From the human T2T-CHM13v2.0 reference genome, Homo sapiens, in assembly GCF_009914755.1 (NCBI RefSeq), contig NC_060926.1: a stretch of DNA of 64,000 bases. One strand, 5' to 3'. The first letter of the stretch is position 1. Each line of letters opens with the position of its first letter. The translations under genes and the position numbers were made by a program. The notes under the pieces were generated by a model. The model had not been told where the DNA came from and did no database searches. It worked only from the letters and a program-made list of their open reading frames with translations. Positions 52,245 to 64,000 of the stretch are shown in pieces.

Positions 52245-52429
52245 GTTTGTCATAAGGCTACTTAATGAGTATCTAGATTTATGTAGAGAAATCTGAAAGT
52301 AAGACAAAACTAACTGAAAGCATCTTTAAGCTGCCTCTGATGAAAAGATTGACTTCAAACAAACTGGACTGAAAAAAAAAAAAAAAAAAAACCTTTTATG
52401 GCCTTGTAGAATAAGAGAGGTTTTTGTGC

Positions 52430-52439
52430 TTTATTTATT
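52430..52439 (-). terminator. Proximal poly(A) signal of STAM2 (overlapping AATAAATAAA)
   Basis: Two overlapping hexamers about 110 nt after the stop, followed on the RNA by a U20 tract (A-run 52372-52391). Confidence 0.6.
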
Positions 52440-52549
52440 CATGGTCCTTTTGAGTTGAGAGGGAAAAAAGTTTTAATATTTTCAGGTTGGTATCACAAGG
52501 ACTGAATAATACACTTATGAAGGCTTTCAAGAAAATGCTTGATTTGTTT

Positions 52550-52792
<243 letters not shown>

Positions 52793-52945
52793 TTAAAAAG
52801 AAAACCATATTTACTTTGCAATATATAAGGTTAGAGATCAATCATCATGACAAAAATGCCTTTTCCATCTTCTTTTTAAGCTTACGTAGCTCTGCTGTTC
52901 TGATTACAATTTAATCATTCCAGCCATTGAATACTGTTAATCAAA

Positions 52946-53316
<371 letters not shown>

Positions 53317-53738
53317 TAAGGCCAATTTAACTTCCCTTCTCCAGAATCTCTAACTAAAAACATTCAGAAACCACCTGAGGAGATGCAAACTGTTCCTGAC
53401 AGAAGTACCCTTGGCCATTTGCAATGAGAATGGAGCCCTGGCTCAAGATACCACTTTCAGCCCATATTCTCCCTTCCCCATCTCCCAATCCAGCACAAAG
53501 AAGTCCACCTCTTCTCTGTAAACATCCTTCAAGCTTTCCTTCAGTAAGGACTTTCTACTTTTAAAAGGAAAACAGCATAGTCTGTATAGGGCCCAAAATC
53601 AACCCTCAGGATAGTCCGAAACTATAGTTTCTTTATTGACACTTCACAAACTAAGCTGAAAAATCACACCAAATTGCAAGACTTGTTTGTTCCTATAACT
53701 ACTGTGGCATACATTTCTCTTAAAATATATATACTTTT

Positions 53739-54412
<674 letters not shown>

Positions 54413-54734
54413 ATTATGTAATTTTAAATTCCACCAAATATACTGCTTGCAATAAAAGAGAATTAGTTTCAAAACTACACCAGTTTTTTCTCCATAGTTC
54501 CTAGTGTTACCAAACATAGCAAAATTTTATATTTTATTCTAACTGAACACTAATATAAACAGATTTATTTAATATTCATATAATATCTAAAATTCATACT
54601 CATGGAGTTTGAGGGTGAGAAGAGACCTTATAGATCATCTACATATGATTATATTGAATGAACATTTTGTATGGTTAAGCAAAATGAATAGAAAGAAAGA
54701 TTTAAATACAACTCTTAGAGTAAAAGTGTTTTTA

Positions 54735-55383
<649 letters not shown>

Positions 55384-55734
55384 TCAAATGCCCTTCTTAA
55401 GGGTCAAAGTAACAACAGTTTTCTAATTTTTAGCAGTGCATGCAGATAAATAAGTCTGGGACTACTTCACAGGCTGATTATAGCACAGTGCTAAGCACAT
55501 CATGGGCTTAGTCTCATAAAGGACAATTAGCTTTTGCCCCAAGGATGCAGACTGTAAGCTTAAGGGCGGGCAATAATCTCAGTATGGGTAGCAAAGCTAA
55601 GGTAACACCATTCCACTTCACAGGATTATGAATAAACAGTTCTGTAACTTCATCTTAATAAGGGTCTATATATTCTCATTCTGAAAATCTAGGAAAATTA
55701 ACACATATAAAATTAACACAGCTCCCAAAACTTA

Positions 55735-55905
<171 letters not shown>

Positions 55906-57812
55906 CTATTAATCAGAAAGAAAAAGTTGATTCACTCATCTCCCAAACATGTGCCTAATAATATATTTAAAATGTTAAAAGACTTAAAGGAAAGAAACTA
56001 TACTTCTTTGGGAAGCAATCTGATTCTACCAATCTATCCATCTTAGAACTAAAAGTGGAGAGCTGTCAAATCACAGTGCCAAATCTATGGAAATTTGATT
56101 TGTTTGGCTGTTCTTTTATTTTTACAGAGAGCTGGGAGAAAGACAGGTGGTGTACTTTTAAGTAGTGGATTGCAATCTATCCAGGTTGCCTATTACTCAG
56201 TAAAGATGTCTTGCTGTAGAGCCACAGAAAACTATACACTCCCTTGAAGGGAAGCCCACCATCACTTAAAGTCACTATAAGAATGATAACCTTCTTTACC
56301 CTCATCCCAGGATGACTCATCCAACTCCTTCCTAAGAAAGAAACTTGAGAGAAAAAGCTGAAAAAGAAATGGTATAAGGGTGCCAGGGCTTCCCTGGCAA
56401 TGTCTACCTTATTCTCTACCTTTAAGACAAACAGGACAAAAGTAAAGAAGAGTTATGGGCAAAAGACATGTATCCTCAGGAAACAGCAAAAATGGTTTAG
56501 GTCTCTTTGGACATTTATATGTGCCCTACTTATTTTCAGGACAACAGCTCCTTAAGGACAGGGTCTACCACCTGTCTACTAAATATAGCATCAAAACAAT
56601 GCATACATTTAATATCATATCATACCATAATGATCATCAATCCAGTTTTAAATTAAGCTATTTTTAAAGTAAATACCATTCATCTGAAAATTTAGAATGC
56701 TAGAAATGCCAAATAAGCTATATTAAGTACAATCACATTACCTCCTTAGTAGACATGTAACAATCTACTGACAATAGGCTGAGACTGTGAGAATCAGCGT
56801 CTTCTGCAGTTTAGGGTTCCTGAGTAGCCTACACAATACAACTAATGTGTTACCCCAACTGCTTCTAGTAGAGATATATTTTTGTCAAATTAGAATAGAA
56901 ACTTTTGAATATTTCAAATGCTCTTGAGTGAACAGTGTAGGTACAGATTACGTGAGGAATCAAACAGAAAGTTAACTTTTTAGAGACATGAGTTGTGCTT
57001 GGCAAAACGCAGTAAGTAGAATGCAACTAAACACCAAAACCTGACACAGAATGGCAAATAACCCTTTACAGACACACAAAAAAGCAAACATAAAGTTTTA
57101 TCATACAATGATGCAGACACTGCTGTTTTGTTCCACTTTCACAGCAGCAGCGAACAACTCTGAAAACAGAAGCAAACTGAATAAATCCCAAAGGTCTTTT
57201 GCAGCCAGAAAAATCTTTCCTACCCTCCTAATTTTCAAAAAGATCAAGGCATGGCATATTTGATAAATGTATCTTGTCTGACGTGACAGTTACCATAGTG
57301 ACTATTCTTTTTTTACTTAACAATTATGTTGTGTCAAGTCATCTAAATTATGCACCCACATTCTACCCTTTCTCCTTGGTGTCTCCTTCACATGCACCTT
57401 TACATACCAGTTTTCATAAATTAACATGAATTTTGCTCATCCAAGCTCATTCTGAATTCAATTGGCTAATTGGCTGAAATTTCAAAAAACGCTTCCGAAT
57501 GGGGATACTGACAAATGTAAGTATTCGCTTCACATGGCAAGCACACAAAAAAGGTGAAAAGTACTGGAAAAAGATGGCTTATGGATGTTCATGGATGGCT
57601 TACGGAGTCTGTACCTCCTAGACATGTATCATATCTTTGCTATGCACAGATTTTTAACAATGTAAGTCATGCAGCTAAGTAAAGGAAGTATAAAGCATAC
57701 TCTAGAAGTTCATTGTGCCTGTTAATAATCATGTAAGTCAAATAAATCTTTATGGAAATTTGTAAAGAAATGTTAAATCTTGTTGAGCAGCAGGAAAGCG
57801 TTAGTACCTCAC

Positions 57813-57843
57813 CTGGGGAACTTCTGATATGTCAGGTATTGTC
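57813..57843 (-). other. Candidate 31-nt cassette (poison) microexon in the STAM2 intron between exons 12 and 13
   Basis: TCTTTTGATTTAG|GACAATACCTGACATATCAGAAGTTCCCCAG|GTGAGG; in-frame TGA. Confidence 0.45.
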
Positions 57844-58168
57844 CTAAATCAAAAGATTTATACTCCATATTTACAAAAATGATTTATGTTTACATAAAAG
57901 ATTTATGCTTTATACTTACAAAAGCATATGAAGAACCAGAACTACCCTCACATATTTAATGGTCTTTTCATCCATGTTAAAACTGAACTAAAATGTATTT
58001 GTGAAATATCAGTATCTGTCTAATTTGCTCTGGTGAATGTTAATTGTTTAGCCAATATTTACTGAAACAATCAAAGATAAATTTTATAATTTTATTCACA
58101 GACAAAAGAAATCTTAATACTATGCTATAAAACATTTTCTTTTACTTTTAAAAGTTGTTTATAATTTA

Positions 58169-58381
<213 letters not shown>

Positions 58382-58540
58382 CTAGTTTTTAGCATGTATT
58401 TAGTAATATAAATTATTTTTTTAATTTAGCACAATTTCTATTAATATATTAAAAGGCTTTTTTATATTTAATGAAAGAATATTCACAAAGGGAAACTAAG
58501 AGGAAGAACTGCTTAATCCTTGTAATAGCTAGGCTGATAT

Positions 58541-59259
58541 TGAGGCAGGAGAATAGGGTCTGGAGGCAGGGAATCTAAGGCTGATTTTCAAGCTGACTTC
58601 TTATAACTAAATTGAAAGGAAAACCAACCCTAACTTTCCACACCTAAGTAACAAAAGGACCAGAGGCTACTTCCTTTGCAAACCCCCCCACGTTTTCTGT
58701 GCAGCAGATGGGAAATTGGGTGTCCGAAAAAAATCAGACTGATTACAGGTCCAGTCTCCATTTGCAACTTTGTAACTTCAGCCTCTGAATGGTTGCTGTC
58801 CACAACCAATCAGACTGACTGTGGGCGGAGTCTTCATTTGCAAAGAAATATAACTTTGTAACTTCACCCTAGCCTCTGATTGGTTGCTTTTTGCAACCAA
58901 TCAGATGTTTGCACAGCAGTGTTACCTTTGTAACTTCATTTCAGCCTCTGGTTGGCTGCTTTCTGCAACCAATCAGACTGATTGTGAGCTTCCACTTCAT
59001 TTACATGAGGTGAGCACGAAAAGGCCAATGGGAAACTTCTAGGGGGTACTTGGACCCAAGAAGATTCTGTATCCTGGCCCTTGAGCTGCTGCTCAGGCCC
59101 ACTCCCACACTGTGGGGTGTACTTTCATTTTCAATAAAACCCTGCTTTTGTTCTTTTGTTGCTTCCATCTTTCTTTGCTTTGCTGGGCATTTTGTCCAAT
59201 TCTTTTTCAAAATGCTAAGAACATGGACAACTTGCAGTCACAATCCTCTACTGGTGACA
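58541..59259 (+). mobile_element. MER51-family ERV1 solo LTR
   Basis: TG...CA ends (tgaggcaggagaatagggtctggaggcaggg ... ctggtgaca), 4-bp TSD ATAT, repeated CCAAT modules, AATAAA near 59133. Confidence 0.88.
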
Positions 59260-60095
59260 ATATGACTTTATAATATTAGGGAAAAGTCCTTCCACACCTC
59301 ATAAAATGCAATCAATTCATAATTTCGGTGCTGAGAGAATTTACTTTCACACATTCTAGGTTTTTTGTTGAGAATTCAATTATTAAAAAGAAAATTCTCA
59401 ATTTGGGTAAGAATCTGGGCCTTAATTAAAAATCTCAATAAAAGAAAGTACCCAGGCAAGGCTCAGAACCTCTATGAAGTACAATATGATGGAAATTTAA
59501 AAACACTTGTTAAAAAAAAACCACACACACACATTTTCATTTGTTTATATCCATGAAAGTGTCAACTGAAAAAAAAAAAACCTACTTAAATAATTATCCT
59601 TGAAAATCCAAGTAAAAACAATGTGTAAGTAAGACTAATCTCTACAGCTCATTTGTTGGTTGGTTGATTTTGAGAAAGTAAACCAATGCTTTATTATGTA
59701 ATAACAACAAACCCAAATAAAAGCATCTTCAAATTTGCCCAAGAAGCTTCAGAGCAAACTCTTTCTACTTGATAGTTCCCCTGGGAGTAATAAAGAACTC
59801 TCTTTGCACTGTCAAATTTACAAAAGCTAAGCAACCACTTTTCATCTGGCCTGAAACATCCACAAGCCTTTTTACTGAATGTGGTTCTTTCTACATAAAC
59901 ACAGAGAGGCAACAAGCAGAGGCACACAGACAGACACAGGACTACCAAGTAAATAGCCTGGACTGAGTCCTATCAAGATTTGTCACTTTTCTTCTACTAG
60001 AGTCTGTTATGTCTGAACTATAACAACGAAAAGTCTTCTCTCTCTGGTAAGAATGACTGCATTAAGCAGGTCAAACTCTATTATCAAAAATATCA

Positions 60096-60405
<310 letters not shown>

Positions 60406-61117
60406 TTACAAGTCACCCAGAAAGCTACAGAAATTAGTGCCATGCTAACAAATGCATAACTAAAATGTAACCGTAGGAATTTGATCCACAAAACCCAGCA
60501 TGCTGATGAAACACCAGGAAAATGCAGTAGAAAGACATGATCACTGTGTTTGAAATCCCCTTAAAGATTTGAGACACAATCCCAGAGTAATAAGGCAAAA
60601 GAGCAACTTGATCAGGTGGTAGAAAATTACCTTTGGAGGACAGGAGGAAATAAGATTAGAATAGTCTGGAACATAGTTAAGTCCAGACTATGAATCTCTC
60701 TTCAACAAATCTACCTAAACTTTTATGGAGTCAATTTACATGTTTACTCAATATAATTTCTTAGGCTGATAAAATGCTACAAAATTTCATTCTGTACAAT
60801 GACAAAAATGAAATGTACAATTTAACTTTCTAACAGTAGAGATGTTTTTCTTAGTAGGAATAACAAACATGATCCATTCAAGGGAAAAAAGGATATTTTA
60901 TTCATCTTTGAATACTTGACAAGGGTAAATAATAGTCAATAAGAATTTGTTGAAGAACAGGAAACATTTCCCAGAACAGGAGCTGCATCTGCAGCTGTGG
61001 CCATAGAACAAGAAAAAATGCCAGTTGGCCTATTCAAAAACTGAAACTGGTAAGAAAAATGGTTAATGGTTGAGTTCTCACTCAAAAAATTAACTAATAT
61101 CAGAATGGTCACTTTGA

Positions 61118-61419
61118 TTTTTTTTTCTTTTGAGAGCAGATCTCACTGTGTCACCCAGACTGGAGTACAGTGGTGCAACCGTGGCTCACTGCAGCCTCCT
61201 TGACCTCCCAGGCTCAAGTGATCTTCCCACCTCAGCTTCTTGAGGAGCTGGGACTACAGGCGCACACCACCAAGCCCAGCTAATCATTAAAAAATTTTTT
61301 TGTAGAGATGGGGTCTCACTGTATTACCCAAGTTGGTCTCAAATTCCTGGGCTCAGATGATTCTCCCACTTCAGCCTCCTGAAATGCTGGGATTATAGGT
61401 GTGAGCCCCCACACTGGCC
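61118..61419 (-). mobile_element. AluJ
   Basis: Diverged Alu. Confidence 0.88.
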
Positions 61420-62182
61420 TCAATCTGACTTCTAATTCTTCTAGATCTTTTCCTTTAACAAAATTCTTTTTATGAACCAAAAATAAGATTAAATTGCCAT
61501 AGTTTCTGCCTTTTTTCATTATATAATATCTGCTCATATCAAGGGATAATTATCAAGGACAATGATTTCCATTGTAGAATGTGTGGACATACACTCAGCC
61601 CTCCATGTCCATGGGTTCTGCATCCGTGCACTCAACCAACTTCAAATTGAAAATACAAAAAATTAAAAAAAATTGTGTCTGAACTAAACATACAGCCACA
61701 TCTATCATAATACTTTTTAATCTTTTCCAGTTTGATTATTCACTGAACATTAACATGCTGCATTGAAACAAAGTAGATGTGTAACGAGATATTTAATGCT
61801 TTCTCTAAAATATGGCAAAACTACTGTTAATTGCCACACAGATTTTTCATTTCTTTAGAAAACACAACAAATTTATTTTTAAAATGTCCCCTGGAACAAA
61901 GACGACAATCTCTGGTGACTAGGAAAAGTCCTGCTGCTACTGCACTTCTCTGGCAGAGGCAGAAAAGAAGTAGTTTATATTCTCCTTCTTATTTTGGTCC
62001 TATCTAATCTTTTCTTCTTGTGCTGCTTATATATTAATTCAATAAATATCACTAGAAAGGGATGATGATGGAATACTAAGCCCTATCCCTTGTTTTCCTT
62101 TCACTACAGGTTCTCCCTATGACTTCAGATAGAGAGCTGAGAAATAAGGGAGCAGAACCAAGTTAAAAGCTCAAAACCCTGA

Positions 62183-62520
<338 letters not shown>

Positions 62521-62545
62521 GCTCCTATTTTTAAAGGACAATAAG

Positions 62546-62998
62546 GGACAGGCACAGTGGCTCATGCCTATAATCCCAGCACTTTGGGAAGCTGAGGCAG
62601 GAAGATCACTTGAGGCCAAGAGTTTGAGACCAGCCTGGGCAGCACAGCAAGACCCTGTCTTTAAAAAAAAAAAAAGCTGGGCATAAGGCTGGGTGCAGTG
62701 GCTCACACCTGTAATCCCAACACTTTGGGAGGCTGAGGTGAGCGGATCACGAGGTCAGGAGTTCGAGATCAGCCTGGCTAATATGGTGAAACCACATTTC
62801 TACTAAAAATACAAAAATTAGCCGGGCATGGTGGCAGGCACCTGTAATCCTAGCTACTTGGGAGGATGAGCCAGAGAATGGCTTGAACCCTGGAGGTGGA
62901 GGTTGCAGTGAGCCGAGATCGCACCACTGCACTCCAGCCTGGGTGACAGGGCAAGACTCCATCTCAAAAAAAAAAAAAAGAAAAAAAGAAAAACAAAA
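62546..62998 (+). mobile_element. Alu left monomer (62546-62675) and full AluS (62687-62998)
   Basis: Alu matches. Confidence 0.88.
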
Positions 62999-63141
62999 CT
63001 CTGTAGGATAAAATTAAAAGAGCAATAGAAACAAATACAAGGACAAGAAATGAAAAGAGAAGGTGTGATTTAGCTTCAAACACTAGAGAAATTTCATTTA
63101 AAATTTTTATAAGTACCACTTCTCATAAGAATTCAATTCTT

Positions 63142-63513
<372 letters not shown>

Positions 63514-64000
63514 TTAAGGCAGGATGGTCTCAAAGAGGAAAAAGTCAGTGGAGTTGATTAACTCTAGGCTCCAACTTATGAAAAGTGGAAAGTATGTGCT
63601 GGGGTAAAAGTAGACTCTGAAGATGATCAGAAAAGGCAAAGCAAAATTGGTCATCCTCACTAAAACTGTCCAGCTTTGAGGAAATCTGAAATAGAGTGCT
63701 ATACAATGTTGGCCAAAACTGCTGTCCATCACTACAGTGGCAATGATGGGCACGGCATGCAGAAAATACTAGAGAGTAGGCACACTGGCTATCACTGATC
63801 CAGGCAGTTCTAATATCACTAGAAGCATGCTAGAACAGACTGGTTAAAAGTAAGCCATGCAAAATTTTTATTTAATAAAACTTGTCAGAGCTTGTTTTTT
63901 AGAAAAACAAAAACAAGATAAAAAGCACCACCTTGCTATAAATTTGTTAAAAGCCTGGGAAACTGAAAAACAATTTCCATGAATTGTACAGTTCCACAAA

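Overview
Human (primate) genomic DNA, recognisable as the CACNB4-STAM2 region (chr2q23.3 from established knowledge). Both genes are on the minus strand. The right side holds the last three coding exons of STAM2 (58196-58349, 55736-55905, 52550-52778) and a long AT-rich 3'UTR. After about 18-21 kb of repeat-dense intergenic DNA, a CpG island (about 30050-31260) carries CACNB4 exon 1 (MSSSSYAKNG..., beta4b N-terminus), a probable alternative first exon (MDV) and exon 2. Positions 1-30291 are the start of the large CACNB4 intron 2. The rest is mostly Alu, L1, L2, MIR, MaLR/ERV LTRs, DNA transposons and simple repeats, and almost all ORF-track entries are spurious. I see no support for a wholly new biological system. 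The best leads are: a candidate 31-nt poison microexon in STAM2 with downstream QKI/RBFOX motifs; a 33-bp fold-back hairpin with a captured Alu fragment in the STAM2 3'UTR; a 4-codon uORF ending 3 nt before the CACNB4 start; a MER44-donated distal poly(A) signal; and a 35-bp VNTR in CACNB4 intron 2. Repeat boundaries and subfamilies are by eye and approximate; exon numbers follow my recollection of the canonical transcripts.
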